A stretch of DNA of 64,000 nucleotides from Histomonas meleagridis 2922-C6/04-290x (Eukaryota; Protista; Parabasalia), in the NCBI GenBank assembly GCA_020184695.1, contig JAANOX010000142.1, forward strand, positions 186,001-250,000. Direction: 5' to 3'. The notes beneath the pieces are model-generated. The model made no database searches, was not told the DNA's origin, and saw only the letters and a list, made by a program, of their open reading frames with translations. Both the position numbers and the translations under genes were made by a program. Every line of letters begins with the position of its first letter. The first letter of the stretch is position 1. Shown in pieces: positions 20,946 through 31,656 of this stretch.

Positions 20946-23900
20946 ATGATTAACGGTCAACAAAAGAGCGCCCTACAGATCCAATTGGATTACAAGATGA
21001 ATGGGGATGATGCAGCTTTTCAGCAGCTTAATTATTTGTTTGCAAATATGCAAAACCCAGATCAAAATGTCCAGCTCCAAGTAAGTGAACAATTAACTCA
21101 ATTTAAATCACATCTCGAGTATCTTCCAATTTTTCTTAATTATCTCAATCAAATTGCAAATAGTGACATGCAGCTGTTTGGAATTTTCTTGGTGATCAAA
21201 GAATTACTTACTAACCGAGGTTGTTTATTAAATGTACAACAACTCCAACAACAAGTCGAAATCCTTATGAATGCTGTTACACGCTTTGCCTCAACCATTG
21301 CTAAAACCACCCCTACCACTAATATTTGTTCTGATGCTGTTGGATTATCATATCGTCTACTCGCTGAACTTATGATGCCCGAAATTCAACCTTTTCAACC
21401 ATTGTTCAGATTATTTGAATCGTCTGATCCTCTTATCTGCCATCTAAGTCTTAATATCATGATATCAGTTGTTCGTAATATTAAAAAACCACTACGACAT
21501 TACACAGATATTCAACAACGCTCTCTTCAGACCAACTTTCAACAAACCCAATTAGCTTTATATTTCCAAGCTGCCACTAATGCTATTTCTGGTCCACTTA
21601 GTCAAACTCTTTCTGCAGCAGCCTTATCTTTAATGCTTGAATGTCTTAACTTCACTCCAAATAAAGACATTGACAAATTTTATTTTGTAATACCTGCCAA
21701 TATGATTTGTTTCTATCAGAACACGAGTATTCCTGAAGCGATGTTTCGAATTTACCATCAAAATTTGAATACGAATGAATACCTTTTAAAAAGTGCCATT
21801 GAAATTTTATTATATTTTTCATCAGCAAATGAAACTTCATGGAATCAAATCGCTAATTCAAGGATCACATTTTATCAATACATCGCACGTAATCTTACAG
21901 ATATCTTAAATCAAACTATTCAACTAGAAGTTCTTTTACCAATATCACGACTAGTTTTTAAGTTTTCTACAATTGTACCTCTTAATATGTTTTTACAAGA
22001 CCAAAATATTTCAGTACCTTTTTTCATGAGTGTTAAAAACATCTCTAACCAAGCATTTCAATCAATCGCAGACCCAAGAGTTAAAGAGGCAAGTATGTAC
22101 TTCCTAAGGTTTTGGTCACGCTTAGCAACTTATTGTCGATCTAATACATTACCACCAGAGTTTATACAACTATTTCCGGATGTATTTGATTCATATGTAA
22201 CATCTATACTTAATTCAATTACCAATGACATTACATATGATACATTTATTAGTCGTTTTAATAACTTTTCAACATTTATTGATGAGAACAAAGCTTTATG
22301 GAGTATAGCTATAGTTTGCCCACAACATTCTGCTGAATATATCTCAGGGATAATTGCGACATTTACACAACAAATTACAACTGATCCACAAAATCCCGAA
22401 AGTCAAATTACGATATTACGTCTAATTATCTTATTATTGATTATAACATCGCGATTTGTTACGTATACATTATCAGGAGAACTTATTCCACAATTAGTAA
22501 TTTTATTAAATTGTATCTTTGGATTTATTAATAATACTAATCAAGTCTTTGAACAACTTGTTCAAACATATCCAATGTTTTCATTTGTTGAACAATCATT
22601 ATGTTATTTTGCAAGTAACTTTAAACGCGATTATTTGTTACCTAAGTCAAATCATATCTATGAAAACGAAGTATATAAACAACTCGATGGTGTTAATAAT
22701 CCACATATAGCATTTGATATTTTAGTTAATCGATTTCTTCATGATTTAAAGATCTTTACGAATTCTCCTGCGTTACTTGAAAACATATTACGTTTTATTC
22801 AAGATTTAGCTTATAAACAAGATAATAGTAACATTAAAACATATATTGCAAATAATGAATTACTTCAAGCGTTAATTAATAGGCAAATAATTTTGGACTT
22901 TAAAAGCTCTACAACTAATATCAAGAACATGCATACATTAATACCTTTCCTAAATACAATCTATGCACGATCCATACGTAACAATGAACAATGGTTACAA
23001 TTCTTACGACATTTTGATCAACAATTTGTCAATTTAGCGGCAAGTAATTACGAAAGTGACATCGACGTTTATTATTTATATCGAGAAATCGATGGCGTAT
23101 TAAAAGGAACAAGTGACTTCAATCAATTTCTATTTGTCTTTCGATGGTTCTTAGAGAATCATGTCCAAGATACTATCGAATGTATTAAGACTAATGCGCA
23201 AAGTTATTCATCCATAAATTCGATATGTCAAACGTGGTATTTATTATGCGCGAATAAAGGACGTAAGTTAATGATACCTTCGACGAGCTCTGAAGGAATA
23301 CAATTGTTTAAAGCTTCATTAAGTATAATCGACGCCATATTAAATTGCGTGGAAAATAATAACGATAAAATGAGATATATCATCAAAATAATTCATCCTT
23401 CAATCACTGAGAAATATGCAAACTTCGGTATTATGCATTATTATAATGATAATTCTCTCGAATTAATGTTACAAATATTCTTCAACATATTACACATTTG
23501 GCATTTCGATGAAATCGCACAAAATTGTAAAAAGTCATTATTAAAAATAGTACAAATTTTAATCGCAATCTTAGATATATTCCCACAAATCATCTTCTTG
23601 GAACAAAACTTTAGAGACGTTTGCGGGTTCTTGTTCAGAGCTTTAGTGTACATTCACGATATAGATATCGAACTGTCGATGAATTATTGGGGGGACCTGT
23701 GTAAATGTTTGACAAAATTGATGGAAATGTTCATTGAAAACCAGAATTTGAATGGATTTCAATCGTTGCGACCTCACTTCGTGGCAATAATGGATGCAAT
23801 TATGAATTCAAATAAATCAGTGTCAGATTCGGCGGCTTTCCCTTTGTTTTATATGTCAAGATATGACCCGGAGTATGTGAAAAATGTGTTGCAACAAATT

Positions 23901-24092
23901 TGTGGAGTGTTCGATGCTGAATTTCAACAGAATGTGGCCGAATTATTGTTCTCAACTTTCCAGAAAACAGACGAAAGAATAGAAAACTTTAGAAACGCTT
24001 TAAGAGATTTCAAAAAGAAATTCTTAAGATACGCTGTTAGAATGTCGGATATACCTGAGTTTAGGCCACTTTTCACATTTATTTCTGAATAA
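20946..24092 (+). CDS. XPO7: Exportin-7/RanBP16-like karyopherin
   Basis: 1048-aa HEAT protein; KYANFGIMHYYNDNSL matches the XPO7 YVNFGVFRLYGDDAL motif, and QRSLQTNFQQTQL matches its RKIASSFRD region. The true start may be ATG 20998. Confidence 0.75.
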   Translation: MINGQQKSALQIQLDYKMNGDDAAFQQLNYLFANMQNPDQNVQLQVSEQLTQFKSHLEYLPIFLNYLNQIANSDMQLFGIFLVIKELLTNRGCLLNVQQLQQQVEILMNAVTRFASTIAKTTPTTNICSDAVGLSYRLLAELMMPEIQPFQPLFRLFESSDPLICHLSLNIMISVVRNIKKPLRHYTDIQQRSLQTNFQQTQLALYFQAATNAISGPLSQTLSAAALSLMLECLNFTPNKDIDKFYFVIPANMICFYQNTSIPEAMFRIYHQNLNTNEYLLKSAIEILLYFSSANETSWNQIANSRITFYQYIARNLTDILNQTIQLEVLLPISRLVFKFSTIVPLNMFLQDQNISVPFFMSVKNISNQAFQSIADPRVKEASMYFLRFWSRLATYCRSNTLPPEFIQLFPDVFDSYVTSILNSITNDITYDTFISRFNNFSTFIDENKALWSIAIVCPQHSAEYISGIIATFTQQITTDPQNPESQITILRLIILLLIITSRFVTYTLSGELIPQLVILLNCIFGFINNTNQVFEQLVQTYPMFSFVEQSLCYFASNFKRDYLLPKSNHIYENEVYKQLDGVNNPHIAFDILVNRFLHDLKIFTNSPALLENILRFIQDLAYKQDNSNIKTYIANNELLQALINRQIILDFKSSTTNIKNMHTLIPFLNTIYARSIRNNEQWLQFLRHFDQQFVNLAASNYESDIDVYYLYREIDGVLKGTSDFNQFLFVFRWFLENHVQDTIECIKTNAQSYSSINSICQTWYLLCANKGRKLMIPSTSSEGIQLFKASLSIIDAILNCVENNNDKMRYIIKIIHPSITEKYANFGIMHYYNDNSLELMLQIFFNILHIWHFDEIAQNCKKSLLKIVQILIAILDIFPQIIFLEQNFRDVCGFLFRALVYIHDIDIELSMNYWGDLCKCLTKLMEMFIENQNLNGFQSLRPHFVAIMDAIMNSNKSVSDSAAFPLFYMSRYDPEYVKNVLQQICGVFDAEFQQNVAELLFSTFQKTDERIENFRNALRDFKKKFLRYAVRMSDIPEFRPLFTFISE

Positions 24093-24602
24093 ACAAAGTT
24101 AAAATTGAATTGTTTACGTAAAAGTTCTTTTAATGCGTTTCATTACATAAACCTTTCCATTGAAATGTACCTTTTCATGTGATTTCCCAAATTTCATTAG
24201 GATTAATTCATTTCCTAAACATTCGTTGTTTGCTTAAATAGAATCTTTTCTTAATTTTCATGGTATTAATTTATAAATCTTTTAGATAGTTTCATTTTTT
24301 ATATCTAAAATGTAATGTTAAAAAACATGAATTCTTTTAACTTTTAAGTCTTTTTAAAGATAAGATATATGGATCCTATGAAAGCTTGATCAAAAAAATA
24401 TGAAAACATTTTAAAATATTTTGTTTTAAGTCTTTAAGAAAATTCAAAAATATTTTAAATTGGTTTGCATAACAACTAAACTTAATAAAAATGATAAAAG
24501 GCTGGTGTACTATTAAATTAAACAATTGATAACATCAGTGAAAATTTTTACAGACACTGTCAAAAATGCTTTTATTTCTGCCATTAAAGTGGGCACTTTT
24601 TA

Positions 24603-25763
24603 ATGCTCAACGCATCCGATTTAAGGAACTACTTCAAAAATCTCCCAAGAGATTTCAAATTAATTATCAACGGAAAAGAGTACAGATGTAACAAGCAATG
24701 CCTGACAACACACTCAGAATTTTTTAAAGGATGTACAAGTAATGAAGTTTCTATTGAGTTTCCAATAACAGATGAAGGTGCTTCAAAACTTGTGGGCTAC
24801 CTTCATGGAGAAGAGTTAGGCACTGTTAAAGACATTGATTTTATTTCATTTTCTTCAATTTTTGGAATAGAAACATTTAAAAATCGTGCAGCTGAATTGC
24901 TAGACACAATTAAGCCCGAAGATTTTCAAAAAGAACTTGGCCCTGTGTTACAACGTACTCTTGACATTGAATCCTTTGTAACATATTTCTCCAAGAATGC
25001 CGAACTTGTCAAAACCCTTGTTCAAGCTGACCTTATTCCATCCACTATTATCCATCGAATTCTGACATCCAACATCATGCAAAATGAAGATGATAATCTT
25101 TTTTTAATACAAAAGTACAATTCATGTCATTCCCCACCAGACTACACACTTTATAGTGATCTTAATACCGAAAATCTTTCCGACGAATCATTATCTTCTT
25201 TCCTTAGCTCACCAAACGAAGCGCTTCAAAACGCGAAAGTTTTTCCACTTATTCGTAAACTTCTGAAACAAAATTCCAAACTCAAAAGTGACATCTCAAC
25301 AGAAAACGCCAAACTTAATGGTATTCGTGAACAAATTCGTACCTGCCAAGAAGAGTTGAGAGTGTTAATGGAAAGAATTGGTGAAAGTTCATTTGATCGA
25401 TTAGATAGTATCAGATGTAAATGTCTTGAATATGTCGATGCTCTTGAAATGCTTGCGTCAGACATCTCACTGATTGCATTGGTTACCAGCGATGCACAAA
25501 AATTCCTAACGACAATGGAATCAATGAATAAAATATGCAAAGCGATGGATGAACAAATCGAAGCAAGTAAAAAGGGATTCTTGAGCTGGTTTAAGACTAG
25601 CGTCGACAGCGAAATAAATGAACTAATCAGAACAATTAAAGATTTCGAAAATGAAACAGTGGAAAAGTTGCAACCGGACCAAGAAAAGATATTTAAGGTG
25701 TCGAATGACATCATGGAGAAATCGAAGAAGTTAAAGAACATAATTACGGGACAAAACAATTAA
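24603..25763 (+). CDS. BTB/POZ-domain protein with C-terminal coiled coil
   Basis: DFKLIINGKEYRCNKQCLTTHSEFF is a BTB start; heptad-rich C-terminus. Confidence 0.75.
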   Translation: MLNASDLRNYFKNLPRDFKLIINGKEYRCNKQCLTTHSEFFKGCTSNEVSIEFPITDEGASKLVGYLHGEELGTVKDIDFISFSSIFGIETFKNRAAELLDTIKPEDFQKELGPVLQRTLDIESFVTYFSKNAELVKTLVQADLIPSTIIHRILTSNIMQNEDDNLFLIQKYNSCHSPPDYTLYSDLNTENLSDESLSSFLSSPNEALQNAKVFPLIRKLLKQNSKLKSDISTENAKLNGIREQIRTCQEELRVLMERIGESSFDRLDSIRCKCLEYVDALEMLASDISLIALVTSDAQKFLTTMESMNKICKAMDEQIEASKKGFLSWFKTSVDSEINELIRTIKDFENETVEKLQPDQEKIFKVSNDIMEKSKKLKNIITGQNN

Positions 25764-26315
25764 AAAAGTAAATAAATATTTATTTATTACTACACATTTT
25801 TTGGTGAAATTTGGTAATTGTTAAAAAGAATTTTTGCTAAAAGGTGCTAAGTATTTATCATCAGTTTCTTCTTCATCCTGTTTTTATAAGATTTATCTAG
25901 AATTTGTGGTTCATTAGATTGAAGTTTGATGAAAAATATTTCTGCTTGATCAAATCAAACATTGCAAAGGCTATATTAATGGCTTGAATCCTATTCAACT
26001 GAATAATGATTAGATGTCTTAGCCATGAATGAAATGCATTTTAGCATGAAACAATATAATTATTTTATTCCATATATGTTAGATGAGTAAAAAAAACATG
26101 TTTTTCCCCTATTGGAAAAGGATTATTTTGTATATCATTGAATATTTCAAAAAATTATCTTTTAATACAAGAAACCATTTATTCGATAAAAATCGATTTT
26201 TTTTCTTCTTTATCTTTAAATATCAGTTTCTAGAAAATCAAAAATTCATTTTCTATTAAAGCGTTATTCATTATAAAAACAATTAAAACGAATTATTTTA
26301 TTTCATACAAACAAA

Positions 26316-27656
26316 TTAATACACGATTGGTCCGTATAAGAACTCATCATATTGCTGCTCCTCTATTTTCTTCTTTTTCAAGTCTATTTTCTTCCCCATT
26401 TTTATTGGTAATTTTCTTTCGTTTAATTTTCTTCCATTGTTTTTCTTTATTGGCATTTGAGCTCTTTGTATTGCCTGATCCAATTTTCGTTGTTGTTCTT
26501 TCGATAATCTTTCCGCGTTTTCTTTTCGCTGTATATCTCTTCTGTTCCTATTCTTTTCCGATTGTTTCTTATGCATAAAATTGGGATCGATTCGATCCGC
26601 TTCTTGATACATTTTACTCAGTTCTCGTTCTATACGTTCGAGGCGTATCAATGCATTCATATCAGTCCGCTCATTAAAACAATGTTGATATGTCTTATTA
26701 ACAAGATCACTTAAATGCTTTAATTCGCGGTCAAGTAAATCACATTCTTTAACAGTATCATTCGAATTTGTTAAAAATTCTTCTTGCGAAATCGTGTCTT
26801 CAATGTTAGTAACAAGTAAACTAAGTTCATTAGATTCGTTACTAACTGTTTCGATGGCATTTTGGACATTTTGGAGTTGCGTATCTTGCGATTCATTTAA
26901 TGATTGACAATGTTGAATTAAAAATAAGTTTTCGTTTTCTAATTTCTCGAGCTCATCAAGCATTACTTGAGGACTACAAAAATAACTAAAGACTTCGGTC
27001 CCTGAAGGCGTAAGTTTCTTAAGAAAGGAGTCATATTTACGATATGAATCAAGTGATTCTTCATTATCAGATATCTCATGACGCATGGCATCAACTAACG
27101 ATTTCTTCTTTTTAAGCTCTTTGAGAAGATCGTTCTTCTTGTGAATGGCACTGTCCATAGCTTTCTTGCTACGTTGAAGTTCTGCTTCAATTTGATTGGT
27201 GGACATCTTATATTGGTTGGATGTTTCGGCAATTTTGGATTCTTCTTGAATAAGATTCTTCTTTTCTGTTTTACGAAGGTTTTGGATACGACAGATTTCT
27301 TTTTCTTTTCGATCAATAAGAAGATTAGCTAAGAGAACTTCCCTTTTCTGTTGGATAAAATCAGCCATTTCTTGATGCTGTTGGCGCTCAGCTGGTGGTG
27401 GAGCGATTTGAAGATTATCTGAATTGGATTTATTATTTGTTGGTGAAGATTTTAAAGGCGGTAATGTGGAATCAAAACGCTCAATCAGTGTTTGTCCCAT
27501 TAATTTGGATTTTTTTTCTTTCATTTCTTGTTGTGCTTTATCTCTCATTTTGAATATTTCTGAATCTGAGGGGATATCAAATGGATTTGGTGCTTCTAGA
27601 GATTTTTCTATTTCATCTAAATTTGTTTGTGTATGATTTATTTTAGATTTCTTCAT
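26316..27656 (-). CDS. CFAP100: CFAP100/CCDC37-like axonemal coiled-coil protein (DUF4200)
   Basis: FIQQKREVLLANLLI and YFCSPQVMLDELEKLENENLFLIQHCQ match the CFAP100 family pattern. Confidence 0.7.
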   Translation of the reverse strand: MKKSKINHTQTNLDEIEKSLEAPNPFDIPSDSEIFKMRDKAQQEMKEKKSKLMGQTLIERFDSTLPPLKSSPTNNKSNSDNLQIAPPPAERQQHQEMADFIQQKREVLLANLLIDRKEKEICRIQNLRKTEKKNLIQEESKIAETSNQYKMSTNQIEAELQRSKKAMDSAIHKKNDLLKELKKKKSLVDAMRHEISDNEESLDSYRKYDSFLKKLTPSGTEVFSYFCSPQVMLDELEKLENENLFLIQHCQSLNESQDTQLQNVQNAIETVSNESNELSLLVTNIEDTISQEEFLTNSNDTVKECDLLDRELKHLSDLVNKTYQHCFNERTDMNALIRLERIERELSKMYQEADRIDPNFMHKKQSEKNRNRRDIQRKENAERLSKEQQRKLDQAIQRAQMPIKKNNGRKLNERKLPIKMGKKIDLKKKKIEEQQYDEFLYGPIVY

Positions 27657-28018
27657 TTGCTACGAATTAATTCGTTATTTAAATAAACGTTCATTAGTGA
27701 CCGTTAATTAATTATTCATTCTACAAATCCTCATTAATATATTCATTCTACAAACACTGGTTCTCCCATTCGTTTTAAACCATAAAATGCATAAGAATAA
27801 ATTTGTTCAACAAATGTACATTTACTTAGTAAAAATGATATCTTTTTTAAATGAATTATTTTTCAATTAAGTAATTCCTTCTAAATTTATATCATTCATA
27901 ACAAAAGAAAAATAATTAAAAGTTCATTGACATTTATTAATATTAAAATCGAACATGTTAATTTATACAATTTGAACAACAAATCAAATTGATGCAGTAA
28001 CGAAAACGAAATGCTCAC

Positions 28019-31000
28019 TTACGTCAGCAAGAATGATCCCTGGCATTCCTTGATTGCTATTAACAATTTTTCTTTCATTATTTCTTTAGATGAGTATTCC
28101 GGGATTTTGAAATAATTTGTACAAGTCATTACAGAAGGCAAAGTATCATCAGGTGATTGCCCTTCAGCAGGAAGTCTTTTTGCAATTACCAACTTTGGAT
28201 TCAAGTTCTTTAGACCACCGACAGGTAATCTATTTGAACCAGTTACGAACTTTATGAACAATTCTTGTTCTTCATTTGACATTTCCAATATTATATCGAA
28301 CAACATTTTCACTTGTTTCGAATCCTTAGTATAACCGTATGACACTTCAACATTTTCCAAATCCTTTTCATTAATTCTTGGGACTTCTCCTTGGATTAAA
28401 TTACAAATTTCTTCACCATTAAATATCCTTAAAGCATCGAATTGTATAATTTTATTAAATCCATTTATGAACTTATCACAAACATCTTTTAATGAATCGA
28501 AAGTTTTAGTTTCGACCAATTTCACGAATTCATCGAAATTCTCTTTTGTAATTTCTATGTTATCACCATTATCCTTTAATTTAACATCAGGATAACCAGG
28601 ATAAGTAAAGTCTAATCCAATAATACCATCAGCATTCGATAACGATTTTTTAAGTTCTGGATCAACTTCTTCTAAAGTAACTTTTTCACCTTTTAATAAC
28701 TTAAAGAAAGCCGGATTAAATTGTATTGACAATATCATATCTAAAGTTATAGCCTTAGCGCATAATAAACCAATGAAATAAAATAAATTGGAATCAGCGT
28801 TCGGACTTGGGAACAAACCTTTTTCATTCCAATAATAATCATTTGAATCATTTCTTAATGAATTATTTCTCCATAATTTATAAGATTTCTTAGTTAACTC
28901 ATATGAAAACAACGAGAAAAATTCTTGTGTCGGTCCAGAGCCAATACCTTCTTCATTATCGAAATATACGTCGAATAATAAAGAGCCACAACTTACTGTA
29001 TCAAGTAATAATTTACCATCTTCGAAAATATTATTTCTTCTAATATGGAACTTAAGTTTCGATAAGTTATTATGTTGATTAAATGGAGTTTTATAGAAAT
29101 AATTATCAATAAATGGAATAGAAAACGCTAAATTAAATCCGATTATCTTGAAAAATGTTTTCCGTAATTCGAATGGAAACAAAAATGGATAATGATATAC
29201 AATTTGTGATGACGTAGTAAAGAATCCATTCGTTAAAAACACTGATGAAATATCATTAATGATTCGGAAGTTAAATCGATCGCGATGTAATAATATGTTT
29301 GGAAACAATCGATGTATTTCCTTAAATAAGTTTAACACTAACAAAGTGTCTTCTTGAATCGTATTCGGCACATCAATTTTCGACCGTGGAATATCTCCTT
29401 CGATAATTTCGATGTTAACTTTATTACTTAATTCATTCGGCGTCTTTAATGATCGTGAAAATGATGAAAAGAAAAAGTCATCTGTCGAATACATATTGTT
29501 ATTAATTTTGTAATGGTATCGTTTCATTTGACGTAAATTTAATGCACGTTCTAATGCGCCTATTTGTGTGTTAGTCAAATCTTCATGTTGATTTAATATA
29601 ACTATGTCTTTAAGGTTACTGTTCTTTAACGTGTTCGATATGATATCAGTAGTAACTCCATTACGTCGGACATTGTACCACCCCTCAAGTGCGATTAAAT
29701 CTAATGATAACTCAACGGTTATGTCGTCTATTGTTTCTGTAGGAGCTTTGATTGTCGATTTAACAGTTGACGATGCTAATGAACTTAACGGTATGTTGCC
29801 GATAGGATCAGGGACACGAGGAATTGGCAAATAATATAGAATCCCATGGGATAACTTAATGATCTTGTCGATGACCGTTATGTACTTTGAATCGATTTTG
29901 TCCGTTCCCTTCAAAAAGTTGTATGTCTGTTTCATTAAGCCGCTCATCCAAAATTGATATGGTGCTATTTCGGTTTTGCCGATAAATTCAAAAAGTTCGT
30001 GTAAAGTATTGAACTGCTTGTCACGAAATGGAATTACAACTTTTGATGTTTGATACTTTTCGAGGAATGAAGTAAGTGTACTAACAAACCATTCGGAGAT
30101 ATCATTGCTTGGAATGATTGATGTTAATAATGTTGAGATTCCACTTTTCACAATAATTGAAGGATCCTTCAGATGCATTATTAATTCTAATACAAATGTA
30201 ACAAAGAGATCATTCCGCATAAGACCTGCGAGTGCATTTAATACTTGTTGTGTTGGCTCAAGTGGCTTAATGATTGATGTAGCTGCAAGCGCAGCAAGTA
30301 CAAGTGTTTCCCAACCGGAATTATTCAGAAGCAGTTCGATCAAAATCGGCTGAATCTCAACCGCAAACTTTGGGGTGCCCCTGAGTTTATTATTATTACG
30401 TTTCCAATAACTGTCTGGAATATTAATGTCTGGTAATAAGTTAACAACAACATTAAGGGCTAAGCGTTTGACTTCCCCAGTGTTCCCTTTGAAAATGGAA
30501 GTGAAAAGAAGTCGGTGATAATCAATGTTTTGCTTAAGAAATTCTTCGGCATAATCTTTTTGACGGGTTAACGTAACAAGCGCATCTAGAATGCTAAGGA
30601 CAGAAGAGCCATTTGTGGATGTGTCAAGACATTTCGCTAGATCACCAATTATTGATATTGGGATTTTGGAATTATCTGCATTCTGAATGATGTTGTTGAA
30701 CGAGCGGATGATTGGACTGATAATGCTCTCGTCTTGGATCTTAAATAAGTCGACGATTTGAATCAGCGCTTTTGATGAATCAAATTGATTTGAATGTCGG
30801 GATACTCTTTCGATGCCTAACGCAATTTTCTTTTGGTCTACAGGCTTAAGCTCTTTAAACCTGTATAGTAATGGCTCAATCCCAATTGTTGTCGCAATAT
30901 CAATCGGACGGTATTCAGATATTGTCGTCAATGCAAGAATGCAATTCTGAATGAATTCGATGTTGTTCACCTTTCTGATTTTGGCGGAAATGGTTTGGAG

Positions 31001-31288
31001 CGCCTGGTTCTCGATTAAGCAACGCGTTGACGCTTGATGTGCCTCGAGAAAATTATTGATACAAGTGCTCGCTAAAACCAAAACTTGATCATTTGTACTT
31101 TTCGAAATGATCTCCACCAACTGTTTTGCGACTGAAAATGTTGGGAATCCGCCGAGTAAATCTTGATTTCCATATATCAATAAGTCTGAAAGAAGAAGAA
31201 GCCCATCAACTTGGCATTCTTCGTCTGCCCCAAGCAAGGCTAAAATTGTGTCGTACGTATCATTTGAGTAACTTAAGCCAATATCCAT
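28019..31288 (-). CDS. HECT E3 ubiquitin ligase, TRIP12/UPL3/Ufd4-like
   Basis: N-terminal ARM region; FDNEEGIGSGPTQEFF; FVTGSNRLPVGG; LPSVMTCTNYFKIPEYSS with catalytic Cys; C-terminal GSFLLT. Confidence 0.92.
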   Translation of the reverse strand: MDIGLSYSNDTYDTILALLGADEECQVDGLLLLSDLLIYGNQDLLGGFPTFSVAKQLVEIISKSTNDQVLVLASTCINNFLEAHQASTRCLIENQALQTISAKIRKVNNIEFIQNCILALTTISEYRPIDIATTIGIEPLLYRFKELKPVDQKKIALGIERVSRHSNQFDSSKALIQIVDLFKIQDESIISPIIRSFNNIIQNADNSKIPISIIGDLAKCLDTSTNGSSVLSILDALVTLTRQKDYAEEFLKQNIDYHRLLFTSIFKGNTGEVKRLALNVVVNLLPDINIPDSYWKRNNNKLRGTPKFAVEIQPILIELLLNNSGWETLVLAALAATSIIKPLEPTQQVLNALAGLMRNDLFVTFVLELIMHLKDPSIIVKSGISTLLTSIIPSNDISEWFVSTLTSFLEKYQTSKVVIPFRDKQFNTLHELFEFIGKTEIAPYQFWMSGLMKQTYNFLKGTDKIDSKYITVIDKIIKLSHGILYYLPIPRVPDPIGNIPLSSLASSTVKSTIKAPTETIDDITVELSLDLIALEGWYNVRRNGVTTDIISNTLKNSNLKDIVILNQHEDLTNTQIGALERALNLRQMKRYHYKINNNMYSTDDFFFSSFSRSLKTPNELSNKVNIEIIEGDIPRSKIDVPNTIQEDTLLVLNLFKEIHRLFPNILLHRDRFNFRIINDISSVFLTNGFFTTSSQIVYHYPFLFPFELRKTFFKIIGFNLAFSIPFIDNYFYKTPFNQHNNLSKLKFHIRRNNIFEDGKLLLDTVSCGSLLFDVYFDNEEGIGSGPTQEFFSLFSYELTKKSYKLWRNNSLRNDSNDYYWNEKGLFPSPNADSNLFYFIGLLCAKAITLDMILSIQFNPAFFKLLKGEKVTLEEVDPELKKSLSNADGIIGLDFTYPGYPDVKLKDNGDNIEITKENFDEFVKLVETKTFDSLKDVCDKFINGFNKIIQFDALRIFNGEEICNLIQGEVPRINEKDLENVEVSYGYTKDSKQVKMLFDIILEMSNEEQELFIKFVTGSNRLPVGGLKNLNPKLVIAKRLPAEGQSPDDTLPSVMTCTNYFKIPEYSSKEIMKEKLLIAIKECQGSFLLT

Positions 31289-31656
31289 AAATTGCCAAAA
31301 TTAAAGTTATGCCACCGGAAATGTGACATGAAATGATTTTTTTACAGTTCAAAATTAATTGAATTGACGTTTGTGAATAAACTTTTCATTAAAAAAGTGG
31401 CATTGCATCGTGTTCAAAAAGTGGAACCGATACTGCCGATTTCTTCCATTTGATCTGAAACATTTATCGTCGTTCTGAATTTAATAATAATAATTTAATT
31501 TGTTAAAAAAGGACATTGTAAAGTGAATGAAACTTGAATTGTTTTTCTCATTTCGATCAATATTAATTTTGATCAAAGTGGATAAGCAAAGAAAATTAAA
31601 AACGTGCTTTTATAAAATATTCTATTAAATTCCGAAAACATTTCAAACATTACACT

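Noticed and set aside
25226-25759. 177-aa antisense ORF
   Set aside because: Shadow of the coiled-coil part of the BTB gene.
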